A stretch of DNA of 33,075 bases, from positions 1-33,075 of the forward strand of contig SKQX01000218.1 in NCBI GenBank assembly GCA_007118795.1. The letters are read 5' to 3'. This document shows, in pieces, positions 17,764 to 26,833 of the stretch; within the stretch, counting starts at the first letter, position 1, and every line of letters starts with the position of its first letter. The position numbers were made by a program, and so were the translations under genes. This DNA comes from Thermoflexales bacterium. Its GTDB lineage: Bacteria > Chloroflexota > Anaerolineae > B4-G1. The notes under the pieces are model-generated. The model made no database searches. It had not been told where the DNA came from and saw only the letters and a list, made by a program, of their open reading frames with translations.

Positions 17764-18822
17764 TCATCCGTCTACCAGTCCCACTCCAGCCACCTCCGTT
17801 CCACAGCTGGGGCACACCTGGCCCCTCTGCACCCGGTTCGCCAGGACACCGAAACCCGCCCGCCGGATGAGAAGCTCGCCACAGGCGTGACAGTGCGTGT
17901 TCGCCTCACCGAGGACGTTACCGACAAAGATGTAGCGCAGTCCCTCCTCCCGTCCGATCTCGTGTGCCCGCCGCAGTTTCTCCATAGGCGTCGACGGCCG
18001 ATCCCTCATCTGATGAGCCGGATGGAAGCGACTGACATGCCACGGCGTCCCCGATCCCAGCTCGTCAGCCACGAAGCTCGCAGCGTCTCGTATCTCCTCC
18101 TCGTCGTCGTTGATCCCCGGTATTATGAGCGTCGTGACCTCGATCCAGACACCCAGTGTCTTCATCTTCTTCATGCTATCCAACACCGGCTGCAAGCGCC
18201 CCCCCACGTACTGCCGATAGGTCTCGTCGCGAAACGCCTTGAGATCCACGTTGGCGGCGTCGAGGTAGGGATCGAACGTGTCGAGCATCTCCCCCTGGCC
18301 GGCCGTCATAAACCCGTTCGTCACGATGATGTTCGCCAAGCCAGCCTCGTGGGCCAGTTTGGCAGTGTCGTAGGCGTATTCAAAGAAGATCGTTGGCTCC
18401 GTGTATGTGTAGGCGATGCTTCGACAGCCTGCCCGCTGCGCCGCTGCGACGATTTGCTCGGGAGTCGCCTCTTCTCCCATGAGGAACTGGTTCTCCCGGG
18501 GCATCTGGGAGATACTCGCGTTCTGACACCATTCGCAACGGAAGTTGCACCCCACCGTGGCCATGGAGTACGCTCTCGTACCCGGGTAGAAATGGGCCAA
18601 AGGCTTCTTCTCCACCGGATCGACGTGCTGTGAGATGGTACGACCGTACACCAAGGTATAAAGCGTCCCATTCCGGTTCTCCCGCACGTAGCAGACTCCA
18701 CGTTTCCCATCGCTAATACGGCAGCGATGTGCGCACAGATAGCACTGGACGCGGTCCTCCTCGAGCTTGTCGTACAGCACGGCCTCTTTCGCTTCGACCT
18801 CGTTCAGAGTCATCGATGACAC
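17764..18822 (-). CDS. amrS: AmmeMemoRadiSam system radical SAM enzyme
   Basis: N-terminal CYLCAHRC...GVC.VREN, DPVEKKPL.HF.PG, GCNFRCEWCQN, AYTYTEP, ANVDLKAF, HVSRFHP, two C-terminal CxxC pairs. Start at GTG 18822 or ATG 18813. Confidence 0.95.
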   Translation of the reverse strand: MSSMTLNEVEAKEAVLYDKLEEDRVQCYLCAHRCRISDGKRGVCYVRENRNGTLYTLVYGRTISQHVDPVEKKPLAHFYPGTRAYSMATVGCNFRCEWCQNASISQMPRENQFLMGEEATPEQIVAAAQRAGCRSIAYTYTEPTIFFEYAYDTAKLAHEAGLANIIVTNGFMTAGQGEMLDTFDPYLDAANVDLKAFRDETYRQYVGGRLQPVLDSMKKMKTLGVWIEVTTLIIPGINDDEEEIRDAASFVADELGSGTPWHVSRFHPAHQMRDRPSTPMEKLRRAHEIGREEGLRYIFVGNVLGEANTHCHACGELLIRRAGFGVLANRVQRGQVCPSCGTEVAGVGLVDG

Positions 18823-19031
18823 TAGGGCTGTCCCTCTTCCGCCTCCGCCAGAAGCCGCTCCAGTGGGTCCTCGAGGCAGATGTTGGCCACCCCCATCAGC
18901 TCTGCAGTCACTCGGATCTTATCCTCGGCGGGACCAGGCAGAACAGCCCAGTGGCGGAACTTCCCCACGTGCTCGCCGTTATGCTCGATCCAGGGCGGCA
19001 GAGGCATCTGCCGCTGGTCAATGTCGCTCAT
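18822..19031 (-). CDS. 69-aa hypothetical protein (or gene remnant)
   Basis: Fills the gap exactly: ATGA overlap with the cooT stop, and its TAG abuts the amrS start. No recognised domain. Confidence 0.55.
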   Translation of the reverse strand: MSDIDQRQMPLPPWIEHNGEHVGKFRHWAVLPGPAEDKIRVTAELMGVANICLEDPLERLLAEAEEGQP

Positions 19032-19219
19032 TCTTCGCCCTCCTCCAGCGGCTCCAACTGGACACGGTGCTTCAGGAAATCTATGTGCAGGATACGGCCC
19101 CGCACAACTTGCGGATCGCCAAAGAAAGAGGTCACGCGAACCCCTTCGTCCGTCAGCGTCATCCCGGTAATCTCTCGGGCAACTTCCTCGTCACCAAGAT
19201 GGACAGTCGCTTGACACAT
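19028..19219 (-). CDS. cooT: CooT-family nickel-binding protein
   Basis: 63 aa, MC N-terminus (Cys2), FFG..Q.V.G.I..IDF.KH.V.L pattern with C-terminal His. AGGAAAAGG upstream. Confidence 0.82.
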   Translation of the reverse strand: MCQATVHLGDEEVAREITGMTLTDEGVRVTSFFGDPQVVRGRILHIDFLKHRVQLEPLEEGEE

Positions 19220-19242
19220 ATCATACCTTTTCCTATTCCAGC

Positions 19243-20052
19243 TTACAGCTCATCGACGTCGAATACGCCAATTAGGAACGTGTGATCCGACGGCCTCTCC
19301 GCGCGGCGCGCTTCCAGGTCGATCCACGAGTCGGTGGCTCTATCCGCCAATGGCTTCGTGGCCCAGATGTGATCCACGCGCCAGCCGATGCCGCGCTCGA
19401 TCGGATCCTTCGCGCGATAGTCGTAGTACGTGTACTGATCCTCCTCATCGGGGTGGTGCTGTCGAAAGACGTCCACGAAACCCCAAGCTTTCACTTGCTC
19501 TAACGCCTTCCGCGCATCGGGGTGGAAGTCCACGTGATCCCGCTTCCCCTTGGGGTCGTAGATGTCTATGGGTTCCGGCGCGACATTGAAATCCCCCATC
19601 CACAGCAGGGGCTCTTGCGGCTCGTAGTGTCGGTCAAAGAGGTCCCGCAATCGCCCAAACCATTCAAGCTTATACTCGAAGTGCTCCGAGTCGACGGAGC
19701 GGCCCTGCGGCACGTACGTGTTCACAACCGGCAGCCCACCGATCACCGCCCGAATCAAGCGTGGTTCGTCGGGCTGCCCCCCGTCGTCGAAGCCGTACGC
19801 CACGTCCTCAGGCTCCAGCGAGCTGATGATCGCCACTCCCGCGTGGGCCTTTTGCCCCCGGTATACCACATGGTACCCTGCCTCGCGGATCGGCGCCTCA
19901 GGGAACTCGTCGTCCTGCACCCGCGTCTCTTGCACGCAAAGCACGTCCGTCTGCTGCGTCTCCAGCCAGTCGAGGATCAAGTCCATCCGCGCCCGAATGG
20001 AGTTTGCATTGTAGGTCGCCACCTTCAGGCCATTGTCTCCCACGTTATCCAT
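19243..20052 (-). CDS. xth: Exodeoxyribonuclease III (AP endonuclease)
   Basis: ATYNANSIRAR, VQET, YVPQG, GDFNVAP, GWRVDHIW, PSDH. Confidence 0.96.
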   Translation of the reverse strand: MDNVGDNGLKVATYNANSIRARMDLILDWLETQQTDVLCVQETRVQDDEFPEAPIREAGYHVVYRGQKAHAGVAIISSLEPEDVAYGFDDGGQPDEPRLIRAVIGGLPVVNTYVPQGRSVDSEHFEYKLEWFGRLRDLFDRHYEPQEPLLWMGDFNVAPEPIDIYDPKGKRDHVDFHPDARKALEQVKAWGFVDVFRQHHPDEEDQYTYYDYRAKDPIERGIGWRVDHIWATKPLADRATDSWIDLEARRAERPSDHTFLIGVFDVDEL

Positions 20053-20094
20053 TCCTTTGGCTGCACCGTCGATTATCTGAGGTAGCCGCTTCTC

Positions 20095-20538
20095 CTAGCT
20101 TCTCGCTCGAACGACTAGCAGAGGTCGCTCGACGCGCTGCAGGATGCCAGCCGCCACGCTGCCGTAGAAGAACTGCGATAGACCACTCCGGCCGTGGCTC
20201 GCGATGGCGATGAGATCCGCGTTTTCCTCAGCTGCCGCCTCGATGAGGCTCTTGACCACGGGCCCTTGGCGGATCTGCGACCTAGCGTTGATTCCTCTCT
20301 GGCGGAGATCGTCCGCAACAGCGTCCATGTAGTCCTGCACATGCCTGCGACACTGCGCGAGTTCATCTTCTGGAAGCACCACCGGCATGCCCTCGGGTCC
20401 AATCAAATAGGGCATCGGCTCCATGACCCGCACAAACACCACCTCCGCCTGGTATCGCTGAGCCAATTCCTCTGCGTGAGGGAGGATGGCTTCCGCACGT
20501 TTTGATCCGTCCAGGGGAACGAGAATCGTCTTGTACAT
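20095..20538 (-). CDS. Universal stress protein (single USP domain)
   Basis: MYKTILVPLDGS...ADLIAIASHGRSG....YGSVA...RPLLVVR. CAGGAGGT RBS before ATG 20538. Confidence 0.95.
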   Translation of the reverse strand: MYKTILVPLDGSKRAEAILPHAEELAQRYQAEVVFVRVMEPMPYLIGPEGMPVVLPEDELAQCRRHVQDYMDAVADDLRQRGINARSQIRQGPVVKSLIEAAAEENADLIAIASHGRSGLSQFFYGSVAAGILQRVERPLLVVRARS

Positions 20539-20773
20539 GCCCACCTCCTGGTCTACCCCGCCTTGGCCTGCCGCGATCCGCCCGAGTCGTCCTCCTCGGA
20601 CTCCCCGGGAGCGGCAGGCCGGCCCAAGCATAGCCAACTTCCCCCTTGCCGAAAAAGCGGGTGGCATACCTCTTCGCTCACCCGCACCACTCTGCATCGT
20701 CGAACGGGATCCGATAAACAGAACTCTTCAGCTGCCATCTCCCCCGGTTCACTCAGGCAGGAGTCACACTCCC

Positions 20774-23700
20774 TTACGTCTGGGTTCGCAGCGCTCGCCA
20801 GACGCGCTCTGGGGTGAAAGGCACCTCCCGGAGCCAGATACCGGTCGCGTCGTGTATCGCGTCAGCAATGGCTGGCGCCACGCCGTCGATGGGAAGCTCC
20901 GCCACAGATTTGGCTCCATAGGGACCGGTGGGCTCGTCGGTCTCCACGAATATGACGTCGATCTCGGGCATCTCATCCGCCTTGTGCACGTGGTAGGGGC
21001 CAAGCCGGGGGTTGACCAGCCGACCGTCCGCGTCGTATACCATCTCCTCGCAGAGTGCAAAGCCCAGGCCCTGGGCGATACCTCCTTCCACCTGTCCCGA
21101 AGCGGTGATCGGGTTGATCACCCGTCCTGCGTCGACGGTCATCAACACGCGCTCGACGGTCACCTGTCCCGTCTCCGCATCGACGACCACCTCGACGAAC
21201 TGCGCACCGAAAGGCGGTGGGCTGTCGTGGCTCACGTGCGATGCACTGGCAACGATCTGATGCTGGTTTTGCTGATGAAGGCTGCTGAGTGCCACCTGTT
21301 CCAGCGTCATACGTCGGCCGTCCGGGAACCAGACCGCGCCGTGGTGAAGCTCGATGTCCTCAGCCCCAGTCATCTGAGCGCCGCTGACCTGCTCCTGTCG
21401 GGTGCGTTTTCGGGCCCCGCCTTCGCGGCTCTCCCTGAGCTCGACCCCCAGCATCGCTGCCGCGTGCTTCCGGACCAGAGTCGCCACCTTGACGGCCGCC
21501 TTTCGCACCGCGTTTCCGCTGACGTACGTGGTGCTGGAGGCATAGGCCCCCTTGTCAAAGGGGGTGAAATCGGTGTCGGAGGAATGTACCAGGATATCTT
21601 CTACCCCGACCCCCAGCTCCTCCGCCGCGATCTGAGCCAGGATCGTATCTGAGCCAGTGCCCAGATCCGCGGCACCGACCAACAGCGTGAAGGACCCGTC
21701 ATCGTTCATCCTGATAGTGGCGGCCGCCATATCAAGGCCAGCAATCCCGCTACCGTGGGCCATCACGGACATTCCGATCCCGTGTCGGAGGCGCTCATTG
21801 CCCACTTCCGTCTCTTTGACTGCACTAGCCTGATCCAACTTCCTGCGTTTCCTATACCACGCGGTGGCTTCCAACCCGACGCGCACGCACTCGGCGAGGC
21901 CACTGGAGCGAATCTGCTGCTCGAAGCCCTCCCGGCCCTCTCCCAGAGCCTTGGCCATCACCAGCAACTCGCCTTCCCTGATCCAGTTCCTCCGCTTGAA
22001 CTCGACCACGTCCCATCCCATCTCGGATGCGATCTCCGACATCAGCGTCTCGATGCCGAAATGTGTCTGCATCGCACCGTAGCCACGAAAGGCACCAGCC
22101 GTCGGTTTGTTGGTGTAGACCACATCGCATCGGAAGCCAGAATACGGCGTGTTGTACAGCGTCAGCCCCTTCTGTCCGGCTACCATATTCACCGTCAGCC
22201 CGTGGGTGCCGTAGGCACCGGTATCCCCCACGAGGTCGAGCTCGGTGGCCACAACTTCCATATCTTTCGTCACCCCGACTCGATATCGCTGCACTGTTGG
22301 GTGGCGGCTGCGGGAGCTGGTGAACTCCTCGGACCGGCTGTACATCATGCGCACCGGTCGTCCGGTAGCAACCGTTAGGTGGGCACAGAGATCCTCGAGG
22401 ATCATCTCCTGTTTGTTCCCGAAACCACCCCCGATGCGCGGCTTGATGACGTGGATCTCTTTCTCCGACAGACCTACGAGAGGCGCCAGCATACGCCGGA
22501 TGTGAAACGGCACCTGGGTACTGGTGCGCACGACCAGGCGCCCATCCTCGTCCCAGTATGTGATGCACGCGTGCGGCTCCACGTGAGCGTGCTGTTGCTG
22601 GGAGGTACGATACTCACGCTCGAAGATATAATCAGCCCTGCGCCAATGCTCCTCCCGGTCCCCCTCGGCGGCTTCAATGCGGTGCACGGTGTTCCGATCA
22701 GGGTCGTAGATGCCCTCAGTGTCTGGCTCGTCGTGGATGACAGGCGAACCGCTCACCCGGGCCTCCGCCGCGTCCAGCACATGCGGTAGCAGCTCATAGT
22801 CCACCTCTATCAGTCGTAACGCCCTCCGAGCCAGCCTGGGCGACTCGGCAGCAACTACGGCGACCCGGTCACCGACGTGACGGACCTTATCATCCAGGCA
22901 AACCTGATCATAGGGACCTGGCTGCGGGAAGCTCTGTCCCCCCGAGGCATACTTGACGCGAGGGATGTCGTGGTGGGTCAGCACAGCGTGAACCCCTTCC
23001 AGCGCGGCCGCCTCACTGGTATCAATGCTTCGGATTCGCGCGTGGGCGTGGGGACTGGTAAGCAACGCCCCGTGGAGCATCCCCTCCATCTTCACATCGT
23101 CGGTGAAGGCCGGTGCGCCCGACGCCAATTTGACACTGTCCACCTTCGGTTCCGATCCACCGACTACCTGTAGCCGTGCCAAGTCTGGAGGCGAGATGAC
23201 CAACGGTGTCCGCGGCTCGCGTCCGTCACCCGGGGTTGCGTAGCGCTCTGCCAACAGGTCGGTGAGAGCCTCGTCATCCGAAAGACTCACCGCTGAGTGG
23301 CGAAACGACGGGAGGCCTTCACCGCGCATCAGCACTGCGGCCCGCTCGACGGCCTGGACGATCTTAACATACCCCGTACAACGACATAATACACCACTCA
23401 AAGCTGATTGGATTTCGTCTCGCGTAGGCTCGGGATTCCTATCGAGAAGCGCCTTGGCGGTGAGAATCTGAGCAGGAGTACAATAGCCACACTGAATGGC
23501 ACCCGTCTCTGTAAACGCGCGTTGGATCGGATGCAGATCATCCAACTGGTGCGCTGGAAACGGAGCTAGGCCCTCGACTGTGAACACCTGGTGCCCGTCG
23601 GCTTCGACAGCCCGTTTCTGACAACTGTATATCGGCTCGCCGTCGAACAATACCGTGCAAGCCCCGCAGTCCCCGGTGCCACAGCCGTACTTGACACTGG

Positions 23701-23812
23701 TGCAGGAGGCTGCTCGGAGCGCGTCTAGAAGCGTTTCCGCGGGTTCGACGGGAAGCGTCCGCTCTTGGCCATTGAGGATCACCCTGATGGTCCGCCTTCG
23801 GTCGTCAGGCAT
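20774..23812 (-). CDS. Xanthine-dehydrogenase-family molybdoenzyme with fused 2x[2Fe-2S] and Mo-binding domains (XdhD/YgfN-like)
   Basis: CGTGDCGAC...C, QCGYC...CRC, SPHAHARI, GGGFGNKQ, AFRGYG, GQVEGG, GAKSVAE. The segment YASGGQSFPQPGPYD...RHVGDRVA resembles E. coli XdhD. Confidence 0.93.
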   Translation of the reverse strand: MPDDRRRTIRVILNGQERTLPVEPAETLLDALRAASCTSVKYGCGTGDCGACTVLFDGEPIYSCQKRAVEADGHQVFTVEGLAPFPAHQLDDLHPIQRAFTETGAIQCGYCTPAQILTAKALLDRNPEPTRDEIQSALSGVLCRCTGYVKIVQAVERAAVLMRGEGLPSFRHSAVSLSDDEALTDLLAERYATPGDGREPRTPLVISPPDLARLQVVGGSEPKVDSVKLASGAPAFTDDVKMEGMLHGALLTSPHAHARIRSIDTSEAAALEGVHAVLTHHDIPRVKYASGGQSFPQPGPYDQVCLDDKVRHVGDRVAVVAAESPRLARRALRLIEVDYELLPHVLDAAEARVSGSPVIHDEPDTEGIYDPDRNTVHRIEAAEGDREEHWRRADYIFEREYRTSQQQHAHVEPHACITYWDEDGRLVVRTSTQVPFHIRRMLAPLVGLSEKEIHVIKPRIGGGFGNKQEMILEDLCAHLTVATGRPVRMMYSRSEEFTSSRSRHPTVQRYRVGVTKDMEVVATELDLVGDTGAYGTHGLTVNMVAGQKGLTLYNTPYSGFRCDVVYTNKPTAGAFRGYGAMQTHFGIETLMSEIASEMGWDVVEFKRRNWIREGELLVMAKALGEGREGFEQQIRSSGLAECVRVGLEATAWYRKRRKLDQASAVKETEVGNERLRHGIGMSVMAHGSGIAGLDMAAATIRMNDDGSFTLLVGAADLGTGSDTILAQIAAEELGVGVEDILVHSSDTDFTPFDKGAYASSTTYVSGNAVRKAAVKVATLVRKHAAAMLGVELRESREGGARKRTRQEQVSGAQMTGAEDIELHHGAVWFPDGRRMTLEQVALSSLHQQNQHQIVASASHVSHDSPPPFGAQFVEVVVDAETGQVTVERVLMTVDAGRVINPITASGQVEGGIAQGLGFALCEEMVYDADGRLVNPRLGPYHVHKADEMPEIDVIFVETDEPTGPYGAKSVAELPIDGVAPAIADAIHDATGIWLREVPFTPERVWRALRTQT

Positions 23813-24470
23813 CGCTGACCTCCAGCTCCAGACAGGCCTTCAGCGCTCGCCGGGACATGACTTCAGCCATAGCCCTCCGGTACCGTTCACTGCCCCGGTA
23901 GTCGCCAACCGGTTCTACCCTCTCCCGGATGCGCGCCGCCAGGGTCAGAATCTGCTCGACCGTCAGCGGTTCGCCCACCAGGGCATTCCCGGGGGCAACC
24001 AACCGCACGCCCTCAGGCCAGACCCCCGTGAGGGCAACACGGGCCGCTTCTACGACTCCCCCGCCGAATCTGACCCAGGCAAAGGCCGCCACAATAGGCT
24101 CATCCGCCGGCGTGCGAGCCACGTGTGCCTCGCCCCACCGGCACGCCGAATCGATGAGTGGAATGTGCAGAGCAGCGATGTCGCCGCTCGAGGCTTGCCG
24201 GCCGAACCGCTCCAGGGACACTTCCCTGGCACCATCTCCCTGCTCCAGGCGAACGCTTGCCCCCAGGGCCAAGAGAGTTGCGATCCACTGCGGCATCAGC
24301 TGAAATGCCCGGAGTGTTCGACCCACCGGTGTCTGAGTCCGCAGCTGCCACGAGTGAACCCCCGTCAGAGCCGTCCTCAGCAATGCCGGGCAGCACGGCG
24401 CTTCCAGCACGGCCTGAAGAGAGGCATCGGGGTGAACAGCCCAGGGCTCCCCGGCCTCTTGCTCGCTCAT
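23805..24470 (-). CDS. YgfM/CoxM-like FAD-subunit homologue lacking the N-terminal region
   Basis: LLALGA, ARTPADEPIV, ARVALTGV, GDYRGSERYRRAMA. GAAAGGAG RBS before ATG 24470. Overlaps the Mo-subunit start by 8 nt. Confidence 0.8.
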   Translation of the reverse strand: MSEQEAGEPWAVHPDASLQAVLEAPCCPALLRTALTGVHSWQLRTQTPVGRTLRAFQLMPQWIATLLALGASVRLEQGDGAREVSLERFGRQASSGDIAALHIPLIDSACRWGEAHVARTPADEPIVAAFAWVRFGGGVVEAARVALTGVWPEGVRLVAPGNALVGEPLTVEQILTLAARIRERVEPVGDYRGSERYRRAMAEVMSRRALKACLELEVSDA

Positions 24471-24822
24471 TCCAATACCCGCTCCTTTCCGGAATTGCCC
24501 GGCTACCACCGGCCCCACCACAGGCTTCGGGTTAGTGGGACGGAACCTCGCTGAGCTCCATTCGAACCGATCAGATCAACGTCTGCGGCCGCATTCTGCC
24601 GAGCTCGCCTCCAGAGAAGATGGACGTCCGAACAGCGCCGCAGGTACCATCAGCCCTGGAGGCCCTGAGGCCCCGCCGCCTTGTGACTGAGGGGGTGGTC
24701 CCAAGAACCATGGACCCAATCCGCCCTACGCCCAGGCCCAAGACGGAACCTGCCGGTAGGCTCCCACGCTCACCGCCGGGGCCGGGCAGAACGCCGTGCC
24801 CATGGCGGGCCAGCAAGGAAAC

Positions 24823-26274
24823 TCAGTGCAAGCTAAGAGCGCTGCGGTAGAGACCGACGTACGCCTTGGCCGAGGCTGTCCAGGAGAAGTCCGATGCCAT
24901 CCCCCGCATCTGAATCGCTCGCCACGTCTCTCGATCCTCATAGGTCTCAAGTGCCCGCTGCAGAGCCTCGAGGAACCCTTCCGGCGTCTTCTCCTCAAAC
25001 ACGAATCCCGTGCCGTGCCCCCGGCCGGGTCGGTGATCAATCACCGTGTCGGCCAGGCCACCAGTCTCGCGCACAACAGGTACGCACCCGTAGCGCATGG
25101 CAATCATCTGACCCAGACCGCACGGCTCGACCAAGCTGGGCATCAAGAACATGTCCGCACTGGCATAGATGCGCCGGGCCAACACCTCGTCGAACTTAAG
25201 GAACGCTCGTACTTGGTGGGAGTGCCGCTCCTGGAGCGCTTTGAGTGCCTCATGGTAACGTGGATCGCCTGTACCCAGGATGATACACTGGACATCCTGC
25301 TCCTGCAGCAGGCGATTGAGGGTCGGCGCCACCAGATCCATTCCTTTGACGTGGTCGAGCCGGGTGACCATCCCGAGCAGTGGCACGTCAGAGCGGATCG
25401 GAAGACGAGCTTGTTGCTGCAAGGCCGTCCTATTCGCTGCTCGCCGTCCCAAACTGTGAATGTCGAAGTTATGGGGGACGTTAGGATCCGTAACGGGATT
25501 CCACTCGTCATAGTCGAGCCCGTTCAGTATCCCGTGCAGCCGGTCCCTGCGCTGCTCCAACAGCGGTTCCAGGCCCATACCCATCTCCGGTGTCAAAATC
25601 TCCTCGGCGTATCGCTCACTCACCGCATTGATGAGATCCGAGTGGGCTATGCCCTGTGCCATCCAGTTTACCGCCCCCGGGGGCTCCACGGAGAGGTGCT
25701 TCACTTCCTCCATCTGGGCGAACGTCAAGATCAACCGGCCAGTTATCCCCTGATAAGCCAGATTGTGGATGGTGAACAGGGTGGCGATGTCCCGGAAGAA
25801 CGGCTCGCGCCAGCCGGAGACGTCGAGCCAGGTCGGTACGACCGCCGTGTGCCAGTCGTTGGCATGGATCACGTCAGGTTGCCAGTCCAACAGCCGAATG
25901 GCCTCAATCACCCCGCGGCCAAAGACCGTGAAGCGTTGGGCATCATCCTCAAAGCCATACACCTTTTCGCGGGAGGTAAAATAATGCTCATTCCAAAGAA
26001 GATAGACGGGCACGTCCTCACCCATCGTGGTCGCCATCAGGTGAATATGCTCCCGGCCCGCACCCACGGGCACCGGGAAACGTTCACCAATCTTGACAAG
26101 CTCGAATCGCTCGCCACTGATCGTGCCGTAGCGGGGCATCATCACTCGCACGTCGTGACCCAGGCTGCGCAGGGCTAGAGGCAGCGATCCAGCGACGTCC
26201 GCCAATCCTCCGACCTTGGCAAAGGGCACGGCCTCGGCCGTGAGAAACAGGACTTTCAGCGGCCTTTCCGTCAT
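24823..26274 (-). CDS. glgA: Glycogen synthase (GT5)
   Basis: AEAVPFAKVGGLADV, HANDWHT, TIHNLAYQG, GILNGLD, MPSLVEPCGLGQMIAMRYG, TGGLADTV, DFSW. Start at ATG 26274 after GGGAGA. Confidence 0.97.
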   Translation of the reverse strand: MTERPLKVLFLTAEAVPFAKVGGLADVAGSLPLALRSLGHDVRVMMPRYGTISGERFELVKIGERFPVPVGAGREHIHLMATTMGEDVPVYLLWNEHYFTSREKVYGFEDDAQRFTVFGRGVIEAIRLLDWQPDVIHANDWHTAVVPTWLDVSGWREPFFRDIATLFTIHNLAYQGITGRLILTFAQMEEVKHLSVEPPGAVNWMAQGIAHSDLINAVSERYAEEILTPEMGMGLEPLLEQRRDRLHGILNGLDYDEWNPVTDPNVPHNFDIHSLGRRAANRTALQQQARLPIRSDVPLLGMVTRLDHVKGMDLVAPTLNRLLQEQDVQCIILGTGDPRYHEALKALQERHSHQVRAFLKFDEVLARRIYASADMFLMPSLVEPCGLGQMIAMRYGCVPVVRETGGLADTVIDHRPGRGHGTGFVFEEKTPEGFLEALQRALETYEDRETWRAIQMRGMASDFSWTASAKAYVGLYRSALSLH

Positions 26275-26512
26275 CACATTCTCCCATCCAGCCCAACGGG
26301 CGTGACCACTCTTACCGGACGTAAAGCCAAGCCCCTTTCCCCGTTTCCCATACGGGCCCACATCACACCGAGCGAAGCTGGCTCGGAGATGATCATGGAA
26401 CGTGTCTTGAGACCGTAAAGGCCAGCCCTCGACCTCGTCCAGATCGCGGATCAACTGGTTCCGCGTAGAGGTGCAGTCCTGGAGCCTCGCACCAGTTAAG
26501 TACCGTTACCAC

Positions 26513-26692
26513 CTACGCCCTTCTCCAGGAGCCAGTATGCATTGAGAGCGGAGTCGGTGAGGGCCCGGGCGTAGGCGTCCCTCGTCGCGGGGTTAGGAAT
26601 GCCCCAGCCATGCTCAGCGCCATGCTGAGCACGATGAGAACGCTGATGACCCAGGCGATGATACGAGTTCTCCGTTCCCTTGATCGCCGCAC
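26513..26692 (-). CDS. 59-aa single-TM membrane protein (not in the ORF track)
   Basis: GGGAGGT RBS, 7 nt, then GTG 26692: MRRSRERRTRIIAWVISVLIVLSMALSMAGAFLTPRRGTPTPGPSPTPLSMHTGSWRRA*. Strong promoter directly upstream. Confidence 0.75.
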   Translation of the reverse strand: MRRSRERRTRIIAWVISVLIVLSMALSMAGAFLTPRRGTPTPGPSPTPLSMHTGSWRRA

Positions 26693-26724
26693 AGTTTGTA
26701 CCTCCCTCTCTAGTTAGCAAGGCG

Positions 26725-26753
26725 ATTATAGCATAGCCAACCTTGGCCCACAA
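26725..26753 (-). promoter_or_regulatory. Sigma70-type promoter with extended -10
   Basis: TTGTGG (26753-26748), 17-nt spacer, TATAAT (26730-26725) preceded by TGC. Confidence 0.72.
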
Positions 26754-26758
26754 GCAGA

Positions 26759-26783
26759 CCCCGCCTATAGTATCGAGGCGGGG
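26759..26783 (-). terminator. Hairpin after etfA
   Basis: Perfect 8-bp stem CCCCGCCT/AGGCGGGG with a 9-nt loop and a weak U-tail. Confidence 0.4.
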
Positions 26784-26833
26784 CCCTGGACGTGCCGACC
26801 GTCAGCATGTCTAGCATCGAAGAACCGGATGGT

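Noticed and set aside
20486-21652. 388-aa plus-strand ORF (likewise 17716-18633 and 23655-24554)
   Set aside because: Antisense to well-supported genes, with no recognisable domains.
20774-23812. Selenocysteine recoding in the XdhD-like enzyme
   Set aside because: The frame is open with no internal TGA, and no selenium accessory genes are in the window.
24471-24822. Moco or xanthine riboswitch upstream of the Mo enzyme genes
   Set aside because: GGAAAGGAG is explained as the RBS. The Moco-motif CCUCCCG segment and the NMT1 stem are not present by eye. A cmscan run would settle it.
24796-26178. 460-aa plus-strand ORF
   Set aside because: Antisense shadow of glgA with no motifs; long shadow frames are expected at high GC.
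26496-26753. 85-aa ORF from the track
   Set aside because: It starts within the promoter -35 box and lacks an RBS. The 59-aa frame at 26513-26692 is much better supported.
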